The notes beneath the pieces were generated by a model. That model saw only the letters and a list, made by a program, of their open reading frames with translations. It was not told where the DNA came from and did no database searches. Below are positions 1-12,901 of a stretch of 64,000 nucleotides of DNA, in pieces. This stretch comes from an uncultured Gammaproteobacteria bacterium (GTDB lineage Bacteria > Pseudomonadota > Gammaproteobacteria > UBA9214), in contig CAVYZN010000019.1 of the NCBI GenBank assembly GCA_963773065.1, forward strand, positions 1 through 64,000, in the 5' to 3' direction. Position 1 is the first letter of the stretch. Each line of letters begins with the position of its first letter. Position numbers and translations under genes: made by a program.

Positions 1-774
1 CCGACTCCCGCGGGCGCTCCCATGAAACGCCTGATCAGCAGCGCACCGGTCAGGCCGAACAACGCCAGCACCCAGACGATGACCGCGCCGGCGGGCAGAT
101 CGAGCAGCGCCGACACGATCAACCCCGCGGCATAGCTCGCGATACCCAGCAGATAGGCCGCGAACAAGGCGTATTTCTCGAAGCGGCGCACCGCCAGGGC
201 CGGAATGATCAGGCTGGCGAACACCAGGTAGACACCGACCAGTTGCACGGACGCCGTGATCGCCAGCGCGAACAGAATATAGAAAAGTATCGATCGGTGC
301 GAACCCCCGAAGCCGGAACCACACGAACAGGATCGGCGCGTACAACAGGGCGACCGGCACCAGTTGGTCCCGGTCCACCCACAGGACCTGCCCCACCAGC
401 AGGTCCTTGAGATGCTCGCCGCCGTGCGGGTTGTTGGCGAGTATCAGGATCGCGGCGCTCGCCGCCAGGATGAAGGACGTGCCGATCACGGCTTCCAGGA
501 TCTCGGGCCAGCGCCGTTCGCACAGATAGAGGGCCAGCGCGCCGAGCAGCGCCGCGGAAAACGCCGTCAACTGTATCGTCAGGGCGTTTTCCTCCCACGC
601 CATGGCATGCGCCCACAGCACGCCCAGGCCGGCGATCTGGGCGATCGCCAGGTCGATGAAGATGATGCCCCGGCGCAATACCTGCTGCCCCAGGGGCACA
701 TGGGTCGAGAGCACCAGCAGGCCGGCGAGGAAGGCGGGGCCGAGTATGACGATGTCCAGACCATCGGTATTCAT
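1..774 (-). CDS. Metal (Zn/Mn) ABC transporter permease, ZnuB/MntB-like; 3' end runs off the window
   Basis: Manual translation from ATG 774: MNTDGLDIVILGPAFLAGLLVLSTHVPLGQQVLRRGIIFIDLAIAQIAGLG...FYILFALAITASVQLVGVYLVFASLIIPALA; hydrophobic ABC-3 pattern; start overlaps stop of upstream SBP gene (ATGA). Confidence 0.85.
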   Translation of the reverse strand, partial: MNTDGLDIVILGPAFLAGLLVLSTHVPLGQQVLRRGIIFIDLAIAQIAGLGVLWAHAMAWEENALTIQLTAFSAALLGALALYLCERRWPEILEAVIGTSFILAASAAILILANNPHGGEHLKDLLVGQVLWVDRDQLVPVALLYAPILFVWFRLRGFAPIDTFLYSVRAGDHGVRATGRCLPGVRQPDHSGPGGAPLREIRLVRGLSAGYRELCRGVDRVGAARSARRRGHRLGAGVVRPDRCAADQAFHGSARGSR

Positions 775-1676
775 GGCTGCGCCCCCTTCAACAACTCGAT
801 GCTCGAATCGAACAGGCCGAACAGGTCCTTGGCCTGCGCGTTGCCGCCGACCGTATACGGCAATTCGAGCATCACCAGGCCGGGTGCCTGCTTGCTCAGC
901 CATTCGGAGGCGCGCGCTTCCTCGAACGGCGCGCGGATGACCGCCCTGGCCGGCGTCGCCTTCAAGGTCTCGAGCAGTTCCGCCAGGTGACTGCTGCTGG
1001 GGGGGACGCCGGGCTTGGGTTCCAGCGTGCCGATCTGGTTCAGACCCAGCCAGTGATTGAGATAGGTCCAGGACTCGTGATGCACCACGATCGGCATCCC
1101 CTTGAGGGGCTGCGCCTGTGTTTCCCAGCGTTGCATGGCGGTCTGCCAGCGTTGGTTGAAATCGTCCAGGCGCTTGCGGTAATCCCCGGCATTCGCGGGA
1201 TCGAGCTTGGCCAGGCGTTCACCGAGCGCCGGCGCGATGCGCTCGATATTGTGCGGATCGAGCTGGATGTGCGGGTTTCCCCGGGGATGGATGTCCCCTT
1301 CGGCCCGGTCCAGACGCTGCGGCACCCCCAACATCGGCACGAAATTCGCCGCCTCGAAGTAGCCATCGGTCCCCGGCTTGACCTTGGGATTTCCCCCGCG
1401 CGCCATCAGCACGGGAAGCCAGCCGACTTCCAGTTCGGCCCCCGTGCAGACCACCAGATCGGCGCGCCGCATCTGGGCGATCAGGCTGGGCCGCGCCTGG
1501 ATATAGTGCGGATCCTGTTGCGCCGTGGTGGCGGTAAAGACCTCGGCGTGATCGCCGGCCAGTTCCGTCACCAGCGCCGCCCACTCGGGTTCGCAACTGA
1601 AAACGCGCAGCGCGGCCGGCGCGTTGAGCGGCAGCAGGAGGAGTGCGAATAAAACAGAAAGCAGATAACGTGTCAT
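771..1676 (-). CDS. Metal ABC transporter substrate-binding protein (ZnuA/TroA family)
   Basis: Signal peptide; QDPHYIQARPS, GNPHIQLDP, HHESWTY, EPKPGVPPS motifs. Confidence 0.9.
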   Translation of the reverse strand: MTRYLLSVLFALLLLPLNAPAALRVFSCEPEWAALVTELAGDHAEVFTATTAQQDPHYIQARPSLIAQMRRADLVVCTGAELEVGWLPVLMARGGNPKVKPGTDGYFEAANFVPMLGVPQRLDRAEGDIHPRGNPHIQLDPHNIERIAPALGERLAKLDPANAGDYRKRLDDFNQRWQTAMQRWETQAQPLKGMPIVVHHESWTYLNHWLGLNQIGTLEPKPGVPPSSSHLAELLETLKATPARAVIRAPFEEARASEWLSKQAPGLVMLELPYTVGGNAQAKDLFGLFDSSIELLKGAQP

Positions 1677-1691
1677 GGATTCATCCTCAAA

Positions 1692-3162
1692 TCAGAATTC
1701 GTGTGCACCATGGGCGCCGAGGCTCATGATGTATTGCAGCGTCCACTCGTTGTCGATGCGGTTGATGAGGGATTCGTCGCGGTCATACTGCAGACGCAGG
1801 CGACTGAACTCGCTGGGCGACCAGTCCAGCATCGTCGTCCAGCGCTGCGGGTGATGCCCGTTGTTGTCGAGGCCGGAGGCGTCGATCACGTCCGCGTTAG
1901 TCGCGAAACCGCCGAGGCTGGTTACCTTGAGGTTGTTGTCCGCGCTCAGGCGGTCATAACGCAGCCCGGCGCGCCAGTGCGCCATGAACTGGTAGACCCC
2001 CTGCGCATACCAGCCCCACTGATTGCCGTTGTAATCCATCAAGGCGGAGTTGCCGGCGTTGTCTACCGCGACGTCGCCCGACTCGTCGCGATAGAAGTAT
2101 TCGCTCTGGAACTTGAAGTTGCGCTGCGTGGCGTTGCCGTTCGGCGCCCACTTCCAGACGAAATCCCCGATCAGCAAATTGGAATCGCCGTTGAAGGTGT
2201 CGCTGGCGCCGCCCGGCACCTCGGTCTGGCGATCGTGCGCGTTTACCCGCAGCCCGGACACGCCCGCCTGCCAGGCGTTGCTCGCCCCCGCGTCGCCGCC
2301 GAACTTCACGAACAGGCTCTGCACGTCGCCGAACACCCGGTTGGAGGTGCCCGCGGGGAAATTATTGCCGGCAAAGGTCTCGCCGCCGATCATGACATAG
2401 GTGTCGGTCGGCGCCACCCAGGTCGAGGCGCACGCCGTCGTCGCCGTACTGCTTGTTGAGAAAGGCCCGATAGGCGAGCGGTGCGTCATGGAAATCCCAG
2501 GCATGGGAGTGAAACCGGTTGAGATAGCCGACGTCGGAAAAAAATCGCCCGAAGCGTCCGTCCAGACCGGCCGGCAGCATCTGGGGATCGACATAGGCCT
2601 CTTCGATGCTGACCTCGGTTCCGCCGTTGCTCTGATCCGCCAGGCTGATGGTCGTCTGGCCATAAAACAACGGGTCCACGTTCGCCGAGGCCGTGATTTC
2701 GGTCTCGTCCAGGGTGAGTCCCTGGGCGGCGAGTCCGCCCTCCTCGCCCAACTGGAAGCCCGGCAGGGCATAGTCGTCGGGATCCTCGGAATAGCTGTTC
2801 ACCGAACCCTGCAGGACCACCGACATCGCCGGGTTGAACGCGTTGCCGACGGCCGGCGTTCCCGGCGACGCGGGGGCCGGGTACTCCGCGGCGGCGGCCG
2901 GCGGAGCGGCTTTGGCCTCGGCCAGTTCGCTCTGGTTCTGCCGCGCCAGGGCCTCTGCCTGCTCCAGCCGGGTTTCGAGTTCCTGCAGCCGCGCCTCGTA
3001 ATTCTTCTGCAAGGCTTCCATTTGCCGGCGGATATCCGCCAACTCATCCGCTGACGCCGCATAGGCGCAGACGGGTAAAGACAATGCCAATGTCGTGATA
3101 CAAGCTTTTACGCCTGGACTCATGCTGCACCCCCATGCACGGCACGCACGCCGTTTGATCAC
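1692..3162 (-). CDS. Outer-membrane beta-barrel protein associated with metal uptake (frameshift near 2420)
   Basis: ORFs 2362..3162 (signal peptide, coiled coil, NAFNPAMSVVL, HSHAWDF) and 1692..2771 (beta strands, C-terminal GAHGAHEF) join into one protein. Confidence 0.75.
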
Positions 3163-3196
3163 GGCACGCGCGGTGGAATCGAGTTAACGGGAAAAA

Positions 3197-3550
3197 CTAG
3201 GCTGGCAGTGCGAGGACGGGCGGGGAACGTGCGACCAGCCGCACCGGGGTGCGGGTAACCGTGAAGGACGCCGGCAAGGCGCCGGGGGATTCGGCGACAA
3301 CCTCGATCGTCGGGGGTACGAATCCGATGGGAAGCGCGTGATCGAGACCCTGGGCCGCCAGGCAGATCGTGCATTCCTTGCCGTTGGCGTGATGATCGAA
3401 ATCGAGCTGGTGCAGCACCAGGCTCAACTGGCCGATGACGAGCAGCGCCGCAAACAGAAGCCGGTGGATTCTGTCAGACATGCGATTGCGTGCCAGTGAG
3501 CCGATGATCATGACCGGGGAAGGATAACCACAGTCCGAAGGGAACGGCAA
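3197..3550 (-). CDS. Small DUF2946-like metal-binding protein
   Basis: Hydrophobic N-terminus, HH-x5-CxxC, C-terminal ARSPP; first gene of the metal-uptake operon; true start probably ~3481. Confidence 0.6.
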   Translation of the reverse strand: MPFPSDCGYPSPVMIIGSLARNRMSDRIHRLLFAALLVIGQLSLVLHQLDFDHHANGKECTICLAAQGLDHALPIGFVPPTIEVVAESPGALPASFTVTRTPVRLVARSPPVLALPA

Positions 3551-3613
3551 TCATTTTTTACCGGCCCGGCGTTACGGCGATGAAGACCCCGGAGGTCTGT
3601 TTATTGAGGTGTC

Positions 3614-3832
3614 TTAGAGATTAACCCCCTCGACGATCCGGCGACGCCTCCGGTATTCCACTTCCATGGTTGCCAGGTGCCCGACCACATTTTCCAGCGT
3701 CTCCCGCTCCGACTGATCCTGGGCTTCCTCCAGCCATTGCTCCATCTCCTCCCGCAGCAATGTCAGGATATCGAGGGCGCCGATCAGTTCGTGCAGTTCG
3801 TCACGCCTCTGCGATGTGTGTTCTTCGGACAT
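3614..3832 (-). CDS. Hypothetical acidic helical protein
   Basis: 72-aa ORF with RBS-like GAGG upstream and protein-like composition. Confidence 0.55.
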   Translation of the reverse strand: MSEEHTSQRRDELHELIGALDILTLLREEMEQWLEEAQDQSERETLENVVGHLATMEVEYRRRRRIVEGVNL

Positions 3833-3920
3833 GAAAGAACCTCTCCGTTATGGGTTTTCCTGCGAGCTTGTCGGTTGGCGATATTATCCGTTTATGGAAT
3901 CGGTTCGACGCGCTCCGCGG

Positions 3921-4364
3921 TCAAAGCCGGGAGGCGCCGCCGGCTTGCGCGGCCTCCGGCGCGGGCGGCTCGCCGCGTTGCGGCGTGCCGATCTCATAGC
4001 CAAGCGTGGTCAACGCCTTGTCGATCTTCCCGACATCGAAGCCATAAATGATGGCGGGGCCTACCACCGAAACCGGGACACCCCTGCCTCTCAGCGCCCA
4101 GAATCCCATGCCGCCGTTGAAGGACTTTTCGACATCATAGTCGGTGTAGGCTACGTGGCGAGCGTCGAGATGGGCTCGCAGCCTCTTACAAAACGGGCAC
4201 CACGCCGTGGTGTAGATGACCACTGCCCTTGAATCCGGGCCGGGGCGATGAAGGTAGGCCGCGGTTCTGTCGAGACACAACAGGGTGAGCGCGAGGAACA
4301 ACGCCGCGTATAAGGCGATACGGCGGTATCTGGTCAGGTCACGCATGCGGGCTAGGCAGCTCAC
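3921..4364 (-). CDS. Membrane-anchored glutaredoxin-family protein
   Basis: N-terminal TM, YTTAWCPFC, GVP motif. Confidence 0.8.
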   Translation of the reverse strand: MSCLARMRDLTRYRRIALYAALFLALTLLCLDRTAAYLHRPGPDSRAVVIYTTAWCPFCKRLRAHLDARHVAYTDYDVEKSFNGGMGFWALRGRGVPVSVVGPAIIYGFDVGKIDKALTTLGYEIGTPQRGEPPAPEAAQAGGASRL

Positions 4365-4382
4365 GATGAACCGCCGGCAGGT

Positions 4383-5317
4383 TCAATCGCGAAGACCCGC
4401 TTCGACCAGCCCGATAACCAGCTCTCCGGCCCCGGCCCGCTCACCCGTGATCTGAACCGGCAGCCGGTTGGCGGCATCGAGGTAGATCGCGATGGCGCCG
4501 CGCAGTTCCAGCAGCTCGAAGGCCGCCGGATCCGCCCCTGGGGTGATCGGCTCGACCCGGAGCGACACTTTCTGAATCCTGCGGTTGCCGCTGACCTTAT
4601 GCGTCGTGCCGCCGGCTTTCACGGCATAGTCGACGGGGCGCAGCGCATCGCCATCTGGCTCGAGCCATACCCGGTAGAGCACGTCATCGAAGAATACGCA
4701 TTGCGGCTTGCCGCCGTCGGCGGGATCCACGGAAGAGGCGCGGTAAAGCAGCAGCGCCGGGGTGGTCACGACGTCGCAGCCGGCGGCGACCGGGGCATAC
4801 GGATAAAAGTTCCGCTTGATCTTCGTCCAGGAGGCGGGCGCTTGTGCCGCCTCATTCCGGCCAGCCGGTTCCAGTCCTGATTCTTAGAACGCCGTCACCG
4901 GCGAAACGATAGATCTTGCGGGAGCCGCCCGTGACCGGGTTTCAGACGGTCAATCTGCAGGACGGCGCCGCTCGCGGGATCGAACCAGATCCGGCCTTCG
5001 GTATTGTAGCTGTCGAGCGCGGTTTCGGCATGGGCATGGATGCCGAGCCGCATGACGTCGGCGACGGCGGTCTGAAATGCCGCGTTACCGAGGGCACTAT
5101 AAGGCGGGGCCTGCATTTCCCGGCGCGAGGATTCCGCGAGATCGAGCGTCGTCGACAGGGTGACGCCCATCTTGTTTGCTTCGTAGCGCAGACTGACCCA
5201 GTCCACTTGCGGTCCTGCGCGCGCCACGACCGCCGCTACCGGCACGGCCTCACCGCCCGCCTGGCAACACAGCGACAAAGACAGCAAGCAGGCGAATAGC
5301 GGGATGCGCGGCATCAC
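4383..5317 (-). CDS. Hypothetical exported protein, split by frameshift(s)
   Basis: ORFs 4895..5317 (signal peptide) and 4383..4769 are collinear with coding-like sequence between them. Confidence 0.5.
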
Positions 5318-5343
5318 ACGGGAAGGGTGGGCATGAAGCCGGG

Positions 5344-5997
5344 TCAGTGCGGGTGGGCCGGCTCGTGGTCAAGGTCGTGACCTCCTTCGGCGTGCGGGTG
5401 CTCGCTGTTTTCATCCCCCTCGCCGGGGCCGGCGGTCCTGTCCATATCCTCGTACTGCTGTGCACTCATGTGCGGCAGCTTCTCGAGGAAAGCCACGATG
5501 GCCCAGATCTCTTCATCGCTATGGGTCGGTCCCCAGGCGGGCATGGCGGTCATTTTCACACCGTGCTTGACGACCCAGAACAACTCCGCCGAGGTCCACT
5601 CCTCCACCACCTCCTGCAGCGCGGGCGCCTCGGGCATCAGGCCCTTGCGGATTTCCGATGACGTAATGCCTGGGGCAAGATGGCAGTCGACGCACATCTC
5701 CCGGTAGTGGCGAAACCCGTTCACGACCAACTGGGGATCTTCCAGCGGTGGCGCCTCGACGCCCTTGGCGTGAGCGCGTACCGAGCTGTCCATCGCGGCG
5801 CCGAGCAGCCATTGGGTAAAGGCATTGTGTGGATTGGTGGCGCCCACATCGATGATCCCGGAGTAGAGGGTGACCAGACCGGCCACGGCCGCCGCGACCA
5901 ACAATACGAAGATTCCTTTGATACAGTTCATATCCGCTCCCGTGCCTGATGAAGGTGATGTTGCGTGTCGAAGGATAATATAAGCCTCAGGATACAA
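5344..5997 (-). CDS. Membrane-anchored monoheme cytochrome c with His-rich tail
   Basis: CVDCH heme motif, KHGVKMTAMPAW; probable start MNCIKG at ~5931. Confidence 0.85.
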   Translation of the reverse strand: MYPEAYIILRHATSPSSGTGADMNCIKGIFVLLVAAAVAGLVTLYSGIIDVGATNPHNAFTQWLLGAAMDSSVRAHAKGVEAPPLEDPQLVVNGFRHYREMCVDCHLAPGITSSEIRKGLMPEAPALQEVVEEWTSAELFWVVKHGVKMTAMPAWGPTHSDEEIWAIVAFLEKLPHMSAQQYEDMDRTAGPGEGDENSEHPHAEGGHDLDHEPAHPH

Positions 5998-6270
5998 AAA
6001 GACTTTTATGGACGATCAATAACCCGGGAGCGGGGCCGGGGAACTCTTTTTACTCAGCGAAAATCTGCTGAGTGGACTCCGGGAACATCGTGTACGCATC
6101 AAGTTGTGGGATGTTCCTAGGCTTCTCAAAAATTAGTTCATAGGTAGATTTTCTCTTAGGCCATTGGTGAATTTCCCCTTAGTTATTCAATGGATGACAG
6201 TGCAAAGGGCGGTCATTATCCGGTTATCGACTTCAGTAAAGTAGAAATACGTATATAGAAATGTGACTCA

Positions 6271-7545
6271 GTGCCGTTATCACCCATGCCATACAGTTGC
6301 CTTTTGTTGAAATCACGCGATGAGGATCAGCCAATGCCGGTAACGAAAATCAGTACTGCGGAAGTCGAGATTGGAATGTTCGTCTCCAGTCTGGATCGCC
6401 CCTGGTGCGAATCCCCGTTCCTGTTCCAGGGCTTTCCGATCCGGGAAAAGGCGGAAATCGAGGAGCTGAAGAAACTATGCAGCCATGTCTATATCATGCT
6501 GCCGGACGAAGAGATCGAGCTCAGCAGCAGGACTTCCGTTCCCAAACCGGGGCCGGTCTACTCCGATGTTATTTGTCGGAAACATTACAGCGTTACGAAC
6601 TCGGTCGGTGAGGAACTGCGGGTAGCTCGAAAATCCCATGATGATATCTCCCATCTGATGATGGAGATAGAAAACGCCCTGCGTGAGGACAAGGAACTCA
6701 AACTACCGACGATCGCGAAGTCCATCGAATTCATGGTGGACAGCATCGAGCGCAATCCGGACGCCTATATCTGGCTTACCCGAATCAAGAAATTCGACTC
6801 GCACGTCTACAAGGATTCCCTCAGCGCCTCGGTGTGGGCGACGACCCTGGGCCGGGAACTGGGACTGGAACGGGACAAGTTGAACGCCCTGGCGACCGGT
6901 ACCCTGTTCATGGACATCGGCAAGACGGCGCTGCCTAACAAGTTGTTGAACAAGCTGGGCCGTCTGTCGGACGACGAGTGGGCGCTGATGAAATCCCACG
7001 TCGAGCACGGCATCCGCATCCTTTCCGACAACGCCGAAGTTCCGGTTGACATCCTCGACATCATCCGCACCCATCATGAACGGCTGGATGGGAGCGGTTA
7101 TCCCGCGGCCATGAAAGGTAATGAAATACCCTTCCTCGGACAAATTGCCGGCATTATCGATTTCTATGTGGCGGTGACATCGACGCGGCCGTATGCGAAA
7201 GCCGTTTCACCCTCCAATGCCACCTACATGATGTATCAGCAGCAGGGACGCTACTTTAACGAGTTACTCGTCAAGAATTTCATTCACGCCCTCAGCACCT
7301 ATCCGACCGGTACACTCATCGAGTTGAGCAGCGGTGAAGTCGCGGTGGTGATATCCCAGAATCCGGGTTTGCGCCTGAAACCCAACGTGGTATTGATCCT
7401 CGATCCTGACAAGACGCCGTACGGGTCATACCCGATCATCAACCTGGCCGATTATACCCACGGACACATCGGCAACCCGGTCAATGTCAAAAAGGCCCTC
7501 GCGGACGGTGAATACGGCGTCAGGATAGAGGAACTCTCCTTCTGA
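6271..7545 (+). CDS. DUF3391 + HD-GYP c-di-GMP phosphodiesterase-like protein
   Basis: IGMFVSSLDRPW (DUF3391), HHERLDGSGYP; HD dyad appears as MD (LFMDIGK). Confidence 0.88.
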   Translation: MPLSPMPYSCLLLKSRDEDQPMPVTKISTAEVEIGMFVSSLDRPWCESPFLFQGFPIREKAEIEELKKLCSHVYIMLPDEEIELSSRTSVPKPGPVYSDVICRKHYSVTNSVGEELRVARKSHDDISHLMMEIENALREDKELKLPTIAKSIEFMVDSIERNPDAYIWLTRIKKFDSHVYKDSLSASVWATTLGRELGLERDKLNALATGTLFMDIGKTALPNKLLNKLGRLSDDEWALMKSHVEHGIRILSDNAEVPVDILDIIRTHHERLDGSGYPAAMKGNEIPFLGQIAGIIDFYVAVTSTRPYAKAVSPSNATYMMYQQQGRYFNELLVKNFIHALSTYPTGTLIELSSGEVAVVISQNPGLRLKPNVVLILDPDKTPYGSYPIINLADYTHGHIGNPVNVKKALADGEYGVRIEELSF

Positions 7546-7636
7546 TTGCGTGCAGGGCGTAAGAGCGCAAACATTCCGTATACAGCCGAAAACACAGCGG
7601 CGAAGACCAAACGGAAGTATTGACCCCGTTCATTCC

Positions 7637-8198
7637 TCACATCCTCTGCCAGCTTCCATCCGGCTGGCGGCAGGCGGTTCCATAGACCTGCTGCTTTTTG
7701 CCGCCGATGATGGCATCCGTTTGGTATTCACGGCAGTAGCGGTTCTCCGATGCCTGATAGGTCCGCACCGGCGTGACCGTGTACGCACTGCCGTTATCCG
7801 GGTCTCTCCATCTGACGGGTACATTATCCGGCGCATATTCCAGCGTCTGCCCGGTGCAGTTCTGGTCGATTTCATCCATGTGCCGGCCTATGGACTGGCC
7901 GACCAGGATGCCGATGACGGCGCCCGCGACGGTGGCGACCGTTTTACCCTTGCCGTCGCCGATCTGTGAACCCGCCACACCGCCGATGACACCGCCGAGC
8001 ACGGCGCCGAGTTTTTCCCGGTTGCAGCGGCCGCCGGTGACATAGTCGCTGTGATAACCCCTTGTCAACCAGGGGAGGTAGAAATTGTTGCCGCCGTTGT
8101 ACCATCATCGTCATCGTCGTGTCGTATTGCTGATGCTTGCTGCGATAGCCGTGGGCCGGCGCCCACGGCGGCGGGGTGGCGAGCGCCATGCCCGCCAT
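7637..8198 (-). CDS. Glycine-zipper 17-kDa surface antigen-like protein (RT0821/Lpp0805 type), frameshifted
   Basis: PPPWAPAHGYR N-terminus, glycine zipper GAVLGGVIGGVAGSQIG, CREY...GTACRQPDGSW. Confidence 0.8.
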
Positions 8199-8412
8199 CG
8201 TGAGTATCAGACAACTTCAGGAAAGCTCTAAACGCTTTCCGAGTAACTGGCTTTATGTGCCGTCGTGGTCATGGATGCCTCCCATCGTTTACGTGTTAGC
8301 TCAGCCGCATCCGGTCAGGGGGGATTATAGCGTACCGCTACCCTGCACGGAGCGGCCAGATATATATCGATTCTTCCCAAGGGGAAAAAATGTTTTGTGT
8401 CACCCTTTCGCT

Positions 8413-8619
8413 TCAGATTCTCACAAAATACGGTACGGCAACCAAAAGAAGTCCGACAAGCACCAGAAGGTAGACGTTTGATATGAAGTAGGGAACGACA
8501 AACAGAGCGACTCCGACAAGTAGCGGTACGATGGCCTGTTGTTTCCGCCCATAGATAAAGAACCCGACACCGACAGACCCGAATAGCACGCCCCAGAGCA
8601 GCACCGATGTATCGTCCAT
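8413..8619 (-). CDS. Small membrane protein
   Basis: 68 aa with three hydrophobic segments, FIYGRKQ; RBS GGAGG upstream. Confidence 0.7.
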   Translation of the reverse strand: MDDTSVLLWGVLFGSVGVGFFIYGRKQQAIVPLLVGVALFVVPYFISNVYLLVLVGLLLVAVPYFVRI

Positions 8620-8659
8620 AAGAAGTACCTGCCTCCAGAATCTGTCCCCGTGCTGTTTT

Positions 8660-9652
8660 CTAAAGCCACCCGAACCGCTTGAGGCGCAGATACAGCCAGA
8701 TGCAAACCAGCGCCACCACAGCCAGGATGACTGGATAGCCGTAGTCCGAGGCGAGTTCGGGCATGTGTCTGAAATTCATGCCATACAGACTGAACACCAC
8801 GGTGGGTATCGCAAGAATGGCGCCCCAGCCGGCCAGGCGCTTCACGGCTTCGTTCTGTTCCACGGAGACCAGCGCAAGATTCACCTGCATCGCGGCGGTC
8901 AGCATTTCGCGCGTTTCGTCGATGGTGGAGAGCAACCGGATCACATGGTCGTGTATGTCGCGGAAATAGACGCGGGCATCCTTGGGAATCAGGTCGGAGT
9001 GGAAGCGAATCAAGCCATCGGTAATCTCCAGGACCGGCGCCGCCGCGCCGCGCAATACCAGCAGCTCCCGCTTCAGGTCGTAGAGCCGCTCGATCGTCTC
9101 CCGGTTGTATTGGCCCGCGAACAGATCCTTCTCGAACTGCTCGAATCTGGCCTCCATGGCGTCGGCGATCGGGCCGTAGTTGTCGACCACGAAGTCCATC
9201 ACGCCGTGGGCGGCCATCGCCGGCCCTCTCGCCAGGTGTGCCGGCGTGGTTTCCAGGCGTTCCCGGACTTTGAGATAGGTGACCGATGGTCCGTGCCGGA
9301 CCGTCATGAAGAAGCGCGGCCCGACGAACATATGGGTTTCGCCTAGCTGCACCTGCTGATCCGACAGCATGGCGGTCTTGAGAACGATGAACAGCGTGCT
9401 GCCGTACTGTTCCAGCTTGGGTCGTTGATGCGCGCGGCGCGCGTCCTCGATTGAAAGCTCATGCAGGTCGAACTCGCTCTGCGCCAATTGCAGCAGATAT
9501 TCATTGGGCTCGTGCAGCGCGAGCCAGACGAACGTGTCCTCGCGTTCCAGGGTCTCGCTGATATCGTCGATCCTGATATCCCCCAGCCGCTGGCCTTTAA
9601 GGTAGGCGATGCAATATCTGATCATGCTCGGGTTGTAATCGCTGCCGGTCAA
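8660..9652 (-). CDS. corA: Magnesium/cobalt transporter CorA
   Basis: HQRPKLEQY, YFRDIHDH, YGMNF signature, MPEL loop, two C-terminal TMs. Confidence 0.93.
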   Translation of the reverse strand: MTGSDYNPSMIRYCIAYLKGQRLGDIRIDDISETLEREDTFVWLALHEPNEYLLQLAQSEFDLHELSIEDARRAHQRPKLEQYGSTLFIVLKTAMLSDQQVQLGETHMFVGPRFFMTVRHGPSVTYLKVRERLETTPAHLARGPAMAAHGVMDFVVDNYGPIADAMEARFEQFEKDLFAGQYNRETIERLYDLKRELLVLRGAAAPVLEITDGLIRFHSDLIPKDARVYFRDIHDHVIRLLSTIDETREMLTAAMQVNLALVSVEQNEAVKRLAGWGAILAIPTVVFSLYGMNFRHMPELASDYGYPVILAVVALVCIWLYLRLKRFGWL

Positions 9653-9709
9653 GGCCGTGTCCTCTCGCTGGGTGGCGGGATTATAGTCTGGCGGTCGCCG
9701 CCGGGGCAG

Positions 9710-11543
<1,834 letters not shown>

Positions 11544-11704
11544 GGAGGAATTGTACGACGTTGCGGGGTCGGCGCACATTTTCTGCTTCCATTCGGGAAA
11601 CAGGTGCGCAACCGGCGCCTGTCGGTACGAGGATGATATCCGGGATGACGCATGCGGGCTGTCCCGATCGGAAACGGCGCGGGACAGCCCCAATGCAGGA
11701 TGAT

Positions 11705-12049
11705 CTAGCTCTTGGCGGTCCAGGACATGCACCAGCCATTGGCATTTACCGCCTTGCCCGGGAACAACTGGCAGGGGCGCCAATCACCGGCATCCGCCTG
11801 CACGAACCGGCAGTTGTGGCAATACTGCTCGCCGGCGGCGGTTCCACCCTTGGCTGTGCGGTTGCCCTTGGCCGCATCGTTCACATAATGCAGCGCCTTC
11901 GCCATCGGATCGTCTTCACCGAGATGCGGCAGATCCCCGGCACGGGCTACCGTTACGTTGACAAGATTGAGCAGCGGACCGGCGGCAATGCCGCCGAGCA
12001 GCAGCCGGACCGCGTCCCTACGACTCTGATTGATGTTCTTTTCATTCAT
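11705..12049 (-). CDS. High-potential iron-sulfur protein (HiPIP) with Tat signal
   Basis: SRRDAVR Tat motif; ALHY; CHNCRF...[18 protein letters not shown] four-Cys pattern. Confidence 0.92.
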   Translation of the reverse strand: MNEKNINQSRRDAVRLLLGGIAAGPLLNLVNVTVARAGDLPHLGEDDPMAKALHYVNDAAKGNRTAKGGTAAGEQYCHNCRFVQADAGDWRPCQLFPGKAVNANGWCMSWTAKS

Positions 12050-12253
12050 CCCGTTACCCTCCATTTGCTGAGACAGGTGCGGTAGGCGGCGACGACCCGC
12101 GGGCTTCGCCACCCGGTCAGGTATCCGGATCCGCAGGCTGTGGCCATTGACCGGATTGCGGACACTGCTATGAGTCTAGATTAACCATCCGGCTTTGCCA
12201 TCCCGAACACCCGCCGGTGATCAGCGGGAACCGGGACGGCGGTGCATATTCCT

Positions 12254-12514
12254 CTATGAGGGCGGACTTATGCCCACCGCGATCAGGTAATCGCGCAGAT
12301 GACGGATGTCCTGCTTGCTGCACACGCCGCTATGATGGGGACGGTGCAGGGTACCGATGACACCGTTCAGCTCGATCCTAAGACGCGCGCCGTGGCTGGG
12401 TTCGATGACGGCGCCCAGGTGCTGCAGGAGGGACTCGACATCGCGCCAGTGGATGTTGGCGCTCAGGGGTTCCTGGAGGATGGCGGAGAGCAGGCGTTCG
12501 TGGCTGTGGCTCAT
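12254..12514 (-). CDS. HicA-like protein, no adjacent HicB
   Basis: NIHWRDVESLL...GARLRIELNG...LHRPH pattern. Confidence 0.75.
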   Translation of the reverse strand: MSHSHERLLSAILQEPLSANIHWRDVESLLQHLGAVIEPSHGARLRIELNGVIGTLHRPHHSGVCSKQDIRHLRDYLIAVGISPPS

Positions 12515-12901
12515 CGGGCTATGGTCCTGGACGGGAATATTGCATCATCCTCGACCCGGCGGTGCAAGAAAACAATGGTCTTCCCGGAAAGCCGGATTAT
12601 CGGGATTTACCAACACCGAAACAACCCGCCAAACAAACGTTCCATCGAAGGGATGCAACATCCTGCCGCGTCACCCGCCGTACACACCATGGAACACGGG
12701 ACGCTCGATCGGAGCTCGCCTGGCGAAAGCGGTAATCTAACCGCAACAAACCTGGAAGACCTCCCCGCATTTTTTACCTGAACAGACACCCGTAACCCAC
12801 TATAATTGGGCATATGCGCCAAATCAGACCCCTACTGATTCACGGCTATCATCCTGCTGCTGGCCGCAAATGCCGGCGGTACGGGCGCGTCGAATACCGC
12901 C

